This document shows, piece by piece, positions 1 to 13,312 of a DNA stretch of 64,000 nucleotides; position 1 is the stretch's first letter; each line of letters opens with the position of its first letter. Made by a program: the position numbers and the translations under genes. The stretch is taken from the sequence record PX880102.1. The stretch is one strand, 5' to 3'. The DNA is from a phage. The notes beneath the pieces are model-generated. The model did no database searches, had not been told where the DNA came from, and was given only the letters and a program-made list of their open reading frames with translations.

Positions 1-2314
<2,314 letters not shown>

Positions 2315-2342
2315 TATTAAAGCATATTAAAGAGGATTAAAA

Positions 2343-4322
2343 ATGACTTTATTATCTCCGGGCATTGAGCTCAAAGAAACTACGGTTCAAAGCACCGTGG
2401 TTAATAACTCTACTGGTACAGCAGCTTTGGCCGGTAAATTCCAGTGGGGTCCTGCTTTTCAAATTAAACAGGTTACGAATGAAGTAGATTTAGTTAATAC
2501 TTTTGGTCAACCTACAGCTGAAACTGCTGACTATTTTATGTCTGCAATGAATTTCTTACAATACGGAAATGATTTGCGAGTTGTGCGTGCTGTCGATAGA
2601 GATACCGCTAAAAACTCATCTCCGATTGCCGGTAATATTGAATACACTATTTCTACCCCAGGTAGTAACTACGCGGTTGGAGATAAAATCACGGTTAAGT
2701 ATGTTTCAGAAGATGTTGAAACAGAATGTAAAGTTACCGAAGTAGATGCTGATGGAAAAATTAAGAAAATTAATATTCCTACCGCAAAAATTATCGCTAA
2801 AGCGAAAGAAGTAGGCGAATATCCAGCATTAGGTTCTAACTGGACCGCGGAAATTTCTTCGTCTTCCTCTGGTTTAGCTGCAGTAATAACTCTTGGAAAA
2901 ATTATTACTGATTCTGGTATTTTATTAGCTGAAATTGAAAATGCTGAAGCTGCTATGACAGCCGTTGACTTTCAAGCAAATCTCGAAAAATATGGAATTC
3001 CAGGAGTAGTAGCTCTTTATCCAGGCGAGTTGGGCGATAAAATCGAAATTGAAATCGTATCTAAAGCTGACTACGCAAAAGGTGCTTCTGCATTACTTCC
3101 AATTTATCCAGGTGGCGGAACACGCGCATCTACTGCCAAAGCAGTGTTTGGATATGGACCACAAACTGATTCACAATACGCTATCATAGTTCGTCGCAAT
3201 GATGCTATTGTTCAAAGCGTTGTTCTTTCGACAAAGCGAGGTGAAAAAGATATTTACGATAGTAACATCTATATTGACGACTTTTTCGCAAAAGGTGGTT
3301 CAGAATATATTTTCGCAACTGCACAAAACTGGCCAGAAGGCTTCTCTGGAATTTTAACTCTGTCTGGTGGATTATCATCAAATGCTGAAGTAACAGCAGG
3401 AGATTTGATGGAAGCTTGGGACTTCTTTGCTGACCGTGAATCTGTTGATGTTCAGTTGTTTATTGCGGGTTCTTGTGCCGGTGAATCTTTAGAAACAGCA
3501 TCTACTGTCCAAAAACACGTCGTTTCAATTGGGGATGCTCGCCAAGACTGCTTAGTATTATGCTCGCCACCGCGTGAAACTGTAGTTGGAATTCCTGTAA
3601 CTCGTGCTGTTGATAACTTAGTCAATTGGAGAACTGCAGCAGGTTCATACACTGATAATAACTTTAATATCAGTTCAACCTACGCAGCAATTGATGGTAA
3701 CTACAAATATCAGTATGACAAATACAATGATGTCAATCGCTGGGTTCCATTAGCAGCTGATATTGCCGGTTTATGTGCAAGAACCGATAACGTTTCTCAG
3801 ACTTGGATGTCTCCAGCTGGTTATAATCGCGGCCAGATTCTTAACGTTATTAAACTTGCTATTGAAACTCGCCAAGCTCAGCGCGACCGTTTATACCAAG
3901 AAGCTATCAACCCAGTGACTGGTACAGGTGGTGATGGTTACGTATTATATGGTGATAAAACAGCTACTTCTGTTCCTTCTCCATTTGATCGTATTAACGT
4001 TCGTCGTCTGTTTAATATGTTGAAAACGAATATCGGACGTAGTTCAAAATATCGTTTGTTCGAATTAAACAACGCGTTTACTCGTTCATCATTCCGCACA
4101 GAAACTGCCCAATACTTACAGGGAATTAAAGCTCTCGGTGGAATTTATGAATATCGTGTAGTTTGCGATACAACAAATAACACTCCGTCAGTAATTGATA
4201 GAAATGAGTTTGTTGCAACATTCTACATCCAACCTGCGCGCAGTATAAATTATATTACTTTGAATTTCGTCGCAACGGCTACTGGTGCAGATTTCGATGA
4301 GTTAACTGGTCTTGCAGGTTAA
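2343..4322 (+). CDS. 18: Tail sheath protein gp18 (659 aa)
   Basis: 659 aa as in T4 gp18; late promoter TATAAATA 30 bp upstream; synteny. Confidence 0.95.
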   Translation: MTLLSPGIELKETTVQSTVVNNSTGTAALAGKFQWGPAFQIKQVTNEVDLVNTFGQPTAETADYFMSAMNFLQYGNDLRVVRAVDRDTAKNSSPIAGNIEYTISTPGSNYAVGDKITVKYVSEDVETECKVTEVDADGKIKKINIPTAKIIAKAKEVGEYPALGSNWTAEISSSSSGLAAVITLGKIITDSGILLAEIENAEAAMTAVDFQANLEKYGIPGVVALYPGELGDKIEIEIVSKADYAKGASALLPIYPGGGTRASTAKAVFGYGPQTDSQYAIIVRRNDAIVQSVVLSTKRGEKDIYDSNIYIDDFFAKGGSEYIFATAQNWPEGFSGILTLSGGLSSNAEVTAGDLMEAWDFFADRESVDVQLFIAGSCAGESLETASTVQKHVVSIGDARQDCLVLCSPPRETVVGIPVTRAVDNLVNWRTAAGSYTDNNFNISSTYAAIDGNYKYQYDKYNDVNRWVPLAADIAGLCARTDNVSQTWMSPAGYNRGQILNVIKLAIETRQAQRDRLYQEAINPVTGTGGDGYVLYGDKTATSVPSPFDRINVRRLFNMLKTNIGRSSKYRLFELNNAFTRSSFRTETAQYLQGIKALGGIYEYRVVCDTTNNTPSVIDRNEFVATFYIQPARSINYITLNFVATATGADFDELTGLAG

Positions 4323-4357
4323 TACGGTGCATTCTAAAGGCCTGTTTCGGCAGGCCA

Positions 4358-4365
4358 TATAAATA
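4358..4365 (+). promoter_or_regulatory. Late promoter TATAAATA, distal of two upstream of gene 19
   Basis: Exact TATAAATA directly after GGCCTG/CAGGCC hairpin. Confidence 0.6.
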
Positions 4366-4416
4366 CACTATATCCTTAATTCTTTAATTCTATATGCCCT
4401 AGGTTAAACATAGGGA

Positions 4417-4424
4417 TATAAATA
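4417..4424 (+). promoter_or_regulatory. Late promoter TATAAATA, proximal, for gene 19
   Basis: Exact TATAAATA 14 bp upstream of gene 19 ATG. Confidence 0.7.
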
Positions 4425-4438
4425 CTACAGAGGCTAAT

Positions 4439-4930
4439 ATGTTTGTAGATGATGTAACACGAGCGTTTGAATCTGGTGATTTTGCTCGACCTAACTTATT
4501 CCAAGTAGAAATTTCTTATCTTGGACAAAATTTTACGTTTCAATGCAAAGCCACTGCTTTACCAGCTGGTATTGTAGAAAAAATTCCAGTCGGATTTATG
4601 AACCGTAAAATTAACGTAGCAGGCGATCGTACATTCGATGACTGGACTGTTACAGTAATGAACGATGAGGCACATGATGCTCGCCAGAAGTTTGTTGATT
4701 GGCAAAGCATTGCTGCTGGGCAAGGGAACGAAATTACTGGTGGAAAACCAGCAGAGTATAAAAAGAGCGCTGTTGTTCGCCAATACGCTCGTGATGCTAA
4801 AACTGTAACAAAAGAAGTCGAAATTAAAGGCCTGTGGCCTACTAACGTGGGTGAACTTCAATTAGATTGGGATTCAAACAATGAAATCCAAACCTTTGAA
4901 GTAACTCTTGCTCTCGATTATTGGGAATAA
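4439..4930 (+). CDS. 19: Tail tube protein gp19 (163 aa)
   Basis: 163 aa as in T4 gp19; two late promoters upstream; synteny. Confidence 0.95.
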   Translation: MFVDDVTRAFESGDFARPNLFQVEISYLGQNFTFQCKATALPAGIVEKIPVGFMNRKINVAGDRTFDDWTVTVMNDEAHDARQKFVDWQSIAAGQGNEITGGKPAEYKKSAVVRQYARDAKTVTKEVEIKGLWPTNVGELQLDWDSNNEIQTFEVTLALDYWE

Positions 4931-4962
4931 AATGAATGGGGAGAAATCCCCATCCTGCTTAA

Positions 4963-6587
<1,625 letters not shown>

Positions 6588-6588
<1 letters not shown>

Positions 6589-6845
6589 TGGAAGGTTTAA
6601 TTGAAGCTATTAAATCAAACGACCTCGTAGCCGCTCGTAAATTCTTTGCTGAAGCCATGGCTGCAAGAACGATTGATTTAATTAAAGAAGAAAAAATCGC
6701 TATCGCTCGTAATTTCTTAATCGAAGGTGAAGAACCTGATGATGAGGATGACGAAGACGAGGATGATGACGAAGATAGCGATGATAAAGACGACAAAAAA
6801 GACAAAGACTCTGACGAAGATGACGAAGACGAGGATGATGAATAA
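6588..6845 (+). CDS. 67: Prohead core protein gp67 with highly acidic C-terminal tail
   Basis: 85 aa, D/E-rich C-terminus; TAATG overlap with gene 20 stop; synteny 20-67-68-21. Confidence 0.85.
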
Positions 6846-7270
6846 TGCTTCTGATCCCTGAAACTCATGAATTAGTTCTCGAGAATGTCGAAGCACTTAT
6901 TCCTGAAGCACAGGGTCGCTTTGACGAATTGTCTTCTGCTTTAAATAAAGACGATATAAATACAATTGTCGAGAATATGCTTGATGATGAAACTGATTTA
7001 GCGATTGCATTAGCTTCTATTAATGAAGATATGCCGCTAAATGAATTCATCGTTAAACATGTTTCTGCTCGTGGTGAAATTACACGTACTAAAGACCGCA
7101 AGACGCGTGAACGTAATGCATTTCAAACCACCGGGCTGTCTAAAGCAAAACGTAGACAAATTGCTCGCAAAGCTACCAAAACGAAGATTGCCAACCCAGC
7201 AGGTCAATCTCGTGCTCAGCGTAAGCGTAAAAAAGCTCTTAAACGCCGTAAAGCATTAGGATTAAGCTAA
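6845..7270 (+). CDS. 68: Prohead core protein gp68 (141 aa) with basic C-terminal tail
   Basis: 141 aa as in T4 gp68; overlapping stop/start with 67 and 21. Confidence 0.85.
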   Translation: MLLIPETHELVLENVEALIPEAQGRFDELSSALNKDDINTIVENMLDDETDLAIALASINEDMPLNEFIVKHVSARGEITRTKDRKTRERNAFQTTGLSKAKRRQIARKATKTKIANPAGQSRAQRKRKKALKRRKALGLS

Positions 7271-7908
7271 TGAATGAACCCCAATTACTAATTGAAACTT
7301 GGGGTCAACCTGGCGAAATTATTGATGGTGTGCCAATGCTTGAATCTCATGATGGAAAAGACCTCGGTTTAAAACCTGGTTTATACATCGAAGGAATATT
7401 CATGCAAGCGGAAGTCGTCAATAGAAATAAACGTCTTTATCCAAAACGCATATTAGAAAAAGCGGTAAAAGACTATATCAATGAGCAAGTTTTAACAAAA
7501 CAAGCTCTCGGAGAATTAAATCATCCTCCACGCGCTAATGTTGACCCGATGCAAGCCGCTATCATTATAGAAGATATGTGGTGGAAAGGAAATGACGTAT
7601 ACGGACGAGCTCGTGTTATTGAAGGTGACCATGGTCCTGGAGATAAATTAGCAGCTAATATTCGTGCCGGATGGATTCCAGGAGTTTCTTCTCGTGGATT
7701 AGGTTCATTGACTGACACAAATAAAGGTTATCGTATCGTAAACGAAGGATTCAAATTAACTGTAGGTGTTGATGCAGTATGGGGTCCAAGTGCTCCAGAT
7801 GCATGGGTAACTCCTAAGGAAATTACCGAATCACAGACGGCGGAAGCCGATACAAGTGCCGATGACGCCTATATGGCTCTCGCAGAGGCCATGAAAAAAG
7901 CGTTATAA
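7270..7908 (+). CDS. 21: Prohead core protease gp21 (212 aa)
   Basis: 212 aa as in T4 gp21; synteny. Confidence 0.9.
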   Translation: MNEPQLLIETWGQPGEIIDGVPMLESHDGKDLGLKPGLYIEGIFMQAEVVNRNKRLYPKRILEKAVKDYINEQVLTKQALGELNHPPRANVDPMQAAIIIEDMWWKGNDVYGRARVIEGDHGPGDKLAANIRAGWIPGVSSRGLGSLTDTNKGYRIVNEGFKLTVGVDAVWGPSAPDAWVTPKEITESQTAEADTSADDAYMALAEAMKKAL

Positions 7909-7911
7909 ATA
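7904..7911 (+). promoter_or_regulatory. Late promoter TATAAATA for gene 22 (overlaps gene 21 stop)
   Basis: Exact TATAAATA 27 bp upstream of gene 22 ATG. Confidence 0.7.
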
Positions 7912-7938
7912 TTATTATCTAAACAACAGGACTACAAA

Positions 7939-8748
7939 ATGCTTAAAGAACAACTGATTGCTGAAGCGCAAAAAATTGATGCTTCCGTTGCTCTTGATAG
8001 TATTTTCGAATCAGTTAATATTTCTCCGGAAGCAAAAGAAACTTTCGGCACTGTATTCGAAGCTACCGTCAAGCAGCACGCCGTTAAATTAGCTGAATCT
8101 CATATCGCTAAAATTGCTGAAAAAGCAGAAGAAGAAGTAGAAAAAAATAAAGAAGAAGCCGAAGAAAAAGCTGAGAAGAAAATCGCTGAGCAAGCTTCTA
8201 AATTCATCGACCATCTTGCGAAAGAATGGCTCGCTGAAAATAAATTAGCAGTTGATAAAGGCATCAAAGCCGAACTGTTTGAATCCATGCTTGGTGGATT
8301 AAAAGAGCTCTTTGTTGAACACAACGTTGTTGTTCCAGAAGAATCAGTTGATGTTGTAGCTGAAATGGAAGAAGAGCTGCAAGAACATAAAGAAGAATCA
8401 GCTCGTCTGTTCGAAGAACTCAATATGCGCGACGCATATATCAATTATGTGCAGCGTGAAGTGGCATTGAGCGAAAGTACTAAAGATCTGACTGAGTCTC
8501 AAAAAGAAAAAGTCTCTGCTCTGGTCGAAGGTATGGATTATTCAGATGCATTCTCAAGTAAATTGAGTGCCATCGTAGAAATGGTGAAGAAATCTAATAA
8601 AGATGAAAGCACTATTACTGAGAGTATAAATACTCCTGATACTGAAGCAGCCGGACTGAATTTCGTCACTGAAGCTGTAGAAGATAAAACTGCACCTGGT
8701 GCAGAAGATATTGTAAGTGTATATGCGAAAGTCGCATCTCGTTTCTAA
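7939..8748 (+). CDS. 22: Prohead core scaffold protein gp22 (269 aa)
   Basis: 269 aa as in T4 gp22; coiled-coil, E/K-rich; late promoter at 7904. Confidence 0.9.
   Translation: MLKEQLIAEAQKIDASVALDSIFESVNISPEAKETFGTVFEATVKQHAVKLAESHIAKIAEKAEEEVEKNKEEAEEKAEKKIAEQASKFIDHLAKEWLAENKLAVDKGIKAELFESMLGGLKELFVEHNVVVPEESVDVVAEMEEELQEHKEESARLFEELNMRDAYINYVQREVALSESTKDLTESQKEKVSALVEGMDYSDAFSSKLSAIVEMVKKSNKDESTITESINTPDTEAAGLNFVTEAVEDKTAPGAEDIVSVYAKVASRF
8625..8632 (+). promoter_or_regulatory. Late promoter TATAAATA for gene 23, embedded in gene 22 coding sequence
   Basis: Exact TATAAATA ~135 bp upstream of gene 23 ATG; no box in the 18 bp intergenic gap. Confidence 0.6.
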
Positions 8749-8766
8749 TTTTAAAGGTTAACACAA

Positions 8767-10332
8767 ATGACTATCAAAACTAAAGCTGAACTTTTGAACA
8801 AATGGAAGCCATTACTGGAAGGTGAAGGTTTACCGGAAATTGCTAATAGCAAACAAGCGATTATCGCTAAAATCTTTGAAAACCAGGAAAAAGATTTCCA
8901 GACAGCTCCAGAATACAAAGACGAAAAAATCGCTCAGGCGTTCGGTTCTTTCTTAACAGAAGCTGAAATCGGTGGTGACCACGGTTACAACGCTACTAAC
9001 ATCGCTGCTGGTCAAACTTCTGGCGCAGTAACTCAGATTGGCCCAGCTGTTATGGGTATGGTACGTCGTGCTATTCCTAACCTGATTGCTTTCGATATTT
9101 GCGGTGTTCAGCCGATGAACAGCCCGACTGGTCAGGTATTCGCACTGCGCGCAGTATATGGTAAAGACCCAATCGCTGCCGGCGCTAAAGAAGCATTCCA
9201 CCCAATGTATGGTCCAGATGCAATGTTCTCTGGTCAGGGTGCTGCTAAGAAATTCACAGCTCTGGCTGCTAGCACACAAACCACAGTAGGTGATATCTAT
9301 ACTCACTTCTTCCAGGACACTGGTACTGTGTATCTGCAAGCTTCTGCTCAAGTAACAATTAGTGCAAGCGCAACTGACGCTGCTAAATTAGATGCTGAAA
9401 TTAAGAAACAAATGGAAGCTGGTGTACTGGTAGAAATCGCTGAAGGTATGGCTACTTCTATCGCTGAACTTCAGGAAGGTTTCAACGGTTCTACCGATAA
9501 CCCATGGAATGAAATGGGCTTCCGTATCGATAAACAAGTTATCGAAGCTAAATCTCGTCAGCTGAAAGCTGCTTACTCTATCGAATTAGCACAAGACCTC
9601 CGCGCTGTTCACGGTATGGATGCTGATGCTGAACTGTCTGGTATTCTGGCTACCGAAATCATGCTGGAAATCAACCGCGAAGTTGTTGATTGGATTAACT
9701 ACTCAGCTCAGGTTGGTAAATCTGGTATGACCCTGACTCCGGGTTCTAAAGCTGGTGTATTTGACTTCCAGGATCCGATTGATATTCGTGGTGCTCGCTG
9801 GGCGGGTGAATCCTTTAAAGCTCTGTTGTTCCAGATTGACAAAGAAGCAGTTGAAATTGCTCGTCAGACTGGTCGTGGTGAAGGTAACTTCATTATCGCT
9901 TCCCGTAACGTAGTTAACGTTCTGGCTTCAGTTGATACTGGCATTTCTTATGCTGCACAGGGTCTGGCTACCGGCTTTAACACTGATACTACCAAGTCAG
10001 TATTTGCTGGTGTTCTGGGTGGTAAATACCGTGTATATATCGACCAGTATGCTAAACAGGATTATTTCACTGTAGGTTATAAAGGTCCGAACGAAATGGA
10101 TGCTGGTATTTACTACGCTCCATATGTAGCTCTGACTCCGCTGCGTGGTTCCGATCCGAAGAACTTCCAACCAGTAATGGGATTCAAAACTCGTTACGGT
10201 ATCGGTATCAACCCATTTGCAGAATCCGCTGCTCAGGCTCCGGCTTCTCGCATCCAGAGCGGTATGCCTTCTATTCTGAATAGCCTTGGTAAAAACGCTT
10301 ACTTCCGCCGTGTATATGTTAAAGGTATCTAA
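8767..10332 (+). CDS. 23: Major capsid protein gp23 (521 aa)
   Basis: 521 aa, sequence recognisably T4 gp23; hairpin terminator downstream. Confidence 0.97.
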   Translation: MTIKTKAELLNKWKPLLEGEGLPEIANSKQAIIAKIFENQEKDFQTAPEYKDEKIAQAFGSFLTEAEIGGDHGYNATNIAAGQTSGAVTQIGPAVMGMVRRAIPNLIAFDICGVQPMNSPTGQVFALRAVYGKDPIAAGAKEAFHPMYGPDAMFSGQGAAKKFTALAASTQTTVGDIYTHFFQDTGTVYLQASAQVTISASATDAAKLDAEIKKQMEAGVLVEIAEGMATSIAELQEGFNGSTDNPWNEMGFRIDKQVIEAKSRQLKAAYSIELAQDLRAVHGMDADAELSGILATEIMLEINREVVDWINYSAQVGKSGMTLTPGSKAGVFDFQDPIDIRGARWAGESFKALLFQIDKEAVEIARQTGRGEGNFIIASRNVVNVLASVDTGISYAAQGLATGFNTDTTKSVFAGVLGGKYRVYIDQYAKQDYFTVGYKGPNEMDAGIYYAPYVALTPLRGSDPKNFQPVMGFKTRYGIGINPFAESAAQAPASRIQSGMPSILNSLGKNAYFRRVYVKGI

Positions 10333-10345
10333 TCTTTGACGATTT

Positions 10346-10376
10346 AAGGGACCTTCGGGTCCCTTTAGTTGTTTTT
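10346..10376 (+). terminator. Rho-independent terminator after gene 23
   Basis: GGGACC-TTCG-GGTCCC hairpin followed by T-rich tract. Confidence 0.75.
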
Positions 10377-10380
10377 ATGG

Positions 10381-10388
10381 TATAAATA
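10381..10388 (+). promoter_or_regulatory. Late promoter TATAAATA for gene 24
   Basis: Exact TATAAATA 27 bp upstream of gene 24 ATG. Confidence 0.7.
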
Positions 10389-10415
10389 AATCATATAAAC
10401 CAAAAGGAAAGCGCA

Positions 10416-11699
10416 ATGGCTAAAATCAACGAACTTCTGCGCGAATCAACCACAACGAATAGCAACTCAATCGGTCGCCCAAATCTCGTTGCTTTGACTC
10501 GCGCTACCACTAAATTAATATATTCTGACATTGTAGCAACGCAAAGAACTAATCAACCTGTTGCTGCTTTTTATGGTATCAAATACCTTAACCCAGATAA
10601 CGAATTTACATTTAAAACTGGTGCTACTTACGCCGGCGAAGCTGGGTATGTAGACCGAGAACAAATCACAGAATTAACAGAAGAGTCTAAATTAACTCTC
10701 AATAAAGGCGATTTATTCAAATATAATAATATCGTTTATAAAGTATTAGAAGATACACCATTTGCTGATATTGAAGAAAGCGATTTAGAATTAGCTCTTC
10801 AGATTGCAATCGTTCTTTTAAAGGTTCGTCTATTTTCTGATGCTGCAGTAACAAGCAAATTTGAAAGCTCTGATAGTGAAATTGCGGATGCTAGATTCCA
10901 GATTAATAAATGGCAAACCGCAGTTAAATCTCGTAAACTTAAAACTGGCATCACAGTCGAATTAGCACAAGATTTAGAAGCAAATGGATTCGATGCTCCT
11001 AATTTCTTGGAAGATTTGCTTGCAACTGAAATGGCGGATGAAATCAATAAAGATATTCTACAGTCTTTGATTACAGTATCAAAACGCTATAAAGTTACAG
11101 GAATTACTGATACTGGATTCATTGATTTGAGTTATGCATCTGCACCTGAAGCTGGTCGTTCATTATACCGAATGGTGTGTGAAATGGTTTCACATATCCA
11201 GAAAGAATCAACTTATACAGCAACGTTCTGTGTTGCTTCAGCTCGCGCCGCTGCGATTCTTGCTGCATCAGGTTGGTTAAAACATAAACCAGAAGATGAC
11301 AAATATCTTTCACAAAATGCCTACGGGTTCTTAGCTAATGGTTTACCGCTTTATTGCGATACCAACAGCCCATTAGATTATGTAATCGTGGGTGTAGTAG
11401 AAAATATAGGTGAAAAAGAAATTGTTGGATCAATTTTCTATGCTCCGTATACAGAAGGCCTTGACTTAGATGACCCTGAACATGTAGGTGCATTTAAAGT
11501 TGTGGTTGATCCAGAAAGCTTACAACCGTCTATCGGTTTATTAGTTAGATATGCTTTATCAGCAAATCCTTATACTGTAGCAAAAGATGAAAAAGAAGCA
11601 AGAATAATTGATGGTGGAGACATGGATAAAATGGCGGGTCGTTCAGATTTGTCTGTTTTATTAGGTGTTAAATTACCAAAAATTATTATTGATGAATAA
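10416..11699 (+). CDS. 24: Capsid vertex protein gp24 (427 aa)
   Basis: 427 aa as in T4 gp24; late promoter at 10381; terminator downstream. Confidence 0.95.
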   Translation: MAKINELLRESTTTNSNSIGRPNLVALTRATTKLIYSDIVATQRTNQPVAAFYGIKYLNPDNEFTFKTGATYAGEAGYVDREQITELTEESKLTLNKGDLFKYNNIVYKVLEDTPFADIEESDLELALQIAIVLLKVRLFSDAAVTSKFESSDSEIADARFQINKWQTAVKSRKLKTGITVELAQDLEANGFDAPNFLEDLLATEMADEINKDILQSLITVSKRYKVTGITDTGFIDLSYASAPEAGRSLYRMVCEMVSHIQKESTYTATFCVASARAAAILAASGWLKHKPEDDKYLSQNAYGFLANGLPLYCDTNSPLDYVIVGVVENIGEKEIVGSIFYAPYTEGLDLDDPEHVGAFKVVVDPESLQPSIGLLVRYALSANPYTVAKDEKEARIIDGGDMDKMAGRSDLSVLLGVKLPKIIIDE

Positions 11700-11702
11700 A
11701 GT

Positions 11703-11730
11703 AAAGGGACCGAAAGGTCCCTTTTTATTT
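11703..11730 (+). terminator. Terminator between convergent genes 24 and rnlB
   Basis: GGGACC-GAAA-GGTCCC hairpin followed by TTTTTATTT. Confidence 0.8.
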
Positions 11731-12733
11731 AGCTCACCAACTCAATCCAAGCTGGACGAAGTACATCTTGCACCATTTTAACTAATTCCTTTTTAATCAA
11801 AGAAGGATTATCTGCTTGAGTTAGAGTAATACCTTCACGAGAAGTTTCTTCCAAAATATCTTGAACAGTTAGCCCCATCACCTTTCCAAAATCCTTTGGA
11901 CCAATTTCGCCAATTTTAGAAATTACGTTATTTACCCGGTTCAGTGTAACGTAACAAGCTAAAATTCCCACCAATTTGTTATCAGCTTCTGATAGCTCAA
12001 CTTTAGCTTTAATAGGCTTATCAGACTTTTTCTTTTCACTAAATTTGGAATTCTTGCATTTAATTGCTACACGATTGCGATTAGGCAGCCAAGAAGGATA
12101 ACAAGGTTTCAATACATATCCTTCAGCGGTAAATACTTCACCTTTTGCTTCGGCATTCCAAACACATTTATTTGCATCAACTAATCCAGCATGGTCTACT
12201 GTAAAATTATAATCCTGTACGACAGAATCTAAATCATTTGGCAATTTAATAAGCTCTTCAAATTTACCGCGACCTAAAAGTGGAGCCATTTTAAATTTAA
12301 ATGTATTGCAGAATGATTCCATCATATAATCATCGACATAAGTCACATCACCGCTTTCGGTAGTAACAATAATGTCAAATACATAAAAATCTTTATCACC
12401 ATAATCGACATTCTTCTGAATGCCAGGTCCGGCGAATTCACCGAAGACTTGATAAGATACAACCGCTGAAGTTTCCATAATATCTTGTACTGCTTTAATG
12501 GAATCAGCGTAATTCTTCAAAATAATTTCATACCCAAAGAAATCTTCAGCAGGAAGAATAGGACCAGTGCGTTTAGCACAAGTTACTTTATCACGCTCAA
12601 TAATCAACGAGAAATTTGTGCCATGAATCTTTTCACGAGCTACCCATTCACCGCCAGTCAATCCTAAACTGTAAAGTTTTTCAATAAATTTAGAGTTGTA
12701 ATGATTTTCAAGACTGCTATACTTTTTAAACAT
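11729..12733 (-). CDS. rnlB: RNA ligase 2 (334 aa)
   Basis: 334 aa as T4 Rnl2; nucleotidyltransferase lysine motif KIHGTN near N-terminus; position after gene 24. Confidence 0.9.
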   Translation of the reverse strand: MFKKYSSLENHYNSKFIEKLYSLGLTGGEWVAREKIHGTNFSLIIERDKVTCAKRTGPILPAEDFFGYEIILKNYADSIKAVQDIMETSAVVSYQVFGEFAGPGIQKNVDYGDKDFYVFDIIVTTESGDVTYVDDYMMESFCNTFKFKMAPLLGRGKFEELIKLPNDLDSVVQDYNFTVDHAGLVDANKCVWNAEAKGEVFTAEGYVLKPCYPSWLPNRNRVAIKCKNSKFSEKKKSDKPIKAKVELSEADNKLVGILACYVTLNRVNNVISKIGEIGPKDFGKVMGLTVQDILEETSREGITLTQADNPSLIKKELVKMVQDVLRPAWIELVS

Positions 12734-12742
12734 AATTAATCC

Positions 12743-13021
12743 TCAAAATGTAATTTCTAACCAATCACCATCACGCTGATCACTATTGACTTTAAAGCTA
12801 AATCCTTCTTTTCTCAGCCAATCACCAATTTCTTCAGTAATCAATTTATCACGAGCAATACAATAATAATTAAAATGTGTTTTACCTTGTTCAGCTGCTT
12901 TATTAGCAAGTTCCGAAAAATCTTTAATAAAACACTCTAGCTTAAACTGTTTACTTTTAAGTGCTTTTTCACGCAATTGATTAGCAAAAGATTCATTTTC
13001 ATAAAGATCATACTGTTCCAT
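12743..13021 (-). CDS. Small hypothetical protein (92 aa), T4 24.2 position
   Basis: ORF in compact minus-strand array between rnlB and hoc. Confidence 0.55.
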   Translation of the reverse strand: MEQYDLYENESFANQLREKALKSKQFKLECFIKDFSELANKAAEQGKTHFNYYCIARDKLITEEIGDWLRKEGFSFKVNSDQRDGDWLEITF

Positions 13022-13223
13022 TTTTCACCTTTTTATTAATATGCCTTTTTCTATAAACAACTTTTTCTCGAGTTTCAAATTTATTCTTAGCAGTCATAGC
13101 TCGAGCCCATAATACAGCCACTTCCTTTGCCTGTAAGTTTAATTCACGAGCAATTTCAATGAATGACTTTCCAGACTCATGAAGAGTAAACACCACAACC
13201 TCAGTTCGCATAATCAATCTCAT
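13008..13223 (-). CDS. Small hypothetical protein (71 aa) with helix-turn-helix-like segment, T4 24.3 position
   Basis: ORF overlapping downstream gene start; HTH-like SFIEIARELNLQAKEV. Confidence 0.5.
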   Translation of the reverse strand: MRLIMRTEVVVFTLHESGKSFIEIARELNLQAKEVAVLWARAMTAKNKFETREKVVYRKRHINKKVKNGTV

Positions 13224-13280
13224 GTTATCGAGTTGGTGCCATTATATACATCATTTTCTGAGTGTGTTTTGTGTGCTTTC

Positions 13281-13306
13281 AAAATGAAGAAAGGGGCCGA
13301 AGCCCC
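13281..13306 (-). terminator. Terminator downstream of hoc
   Basis: Minus strand GGGGC-TTCG-GCCCC then TTTCTTCATTTT. Confidence 0.7.
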
Positions 13307-13312
13307 TTATGA

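Noticed and set aside
8100-9351. Minus-strand ORFs of 114 and 132 aa inside genes 22 and 23
   Set aside because: Antisense artefacts within highly expressed capsid genes; Ser/Ala-rich low-complexity translations.
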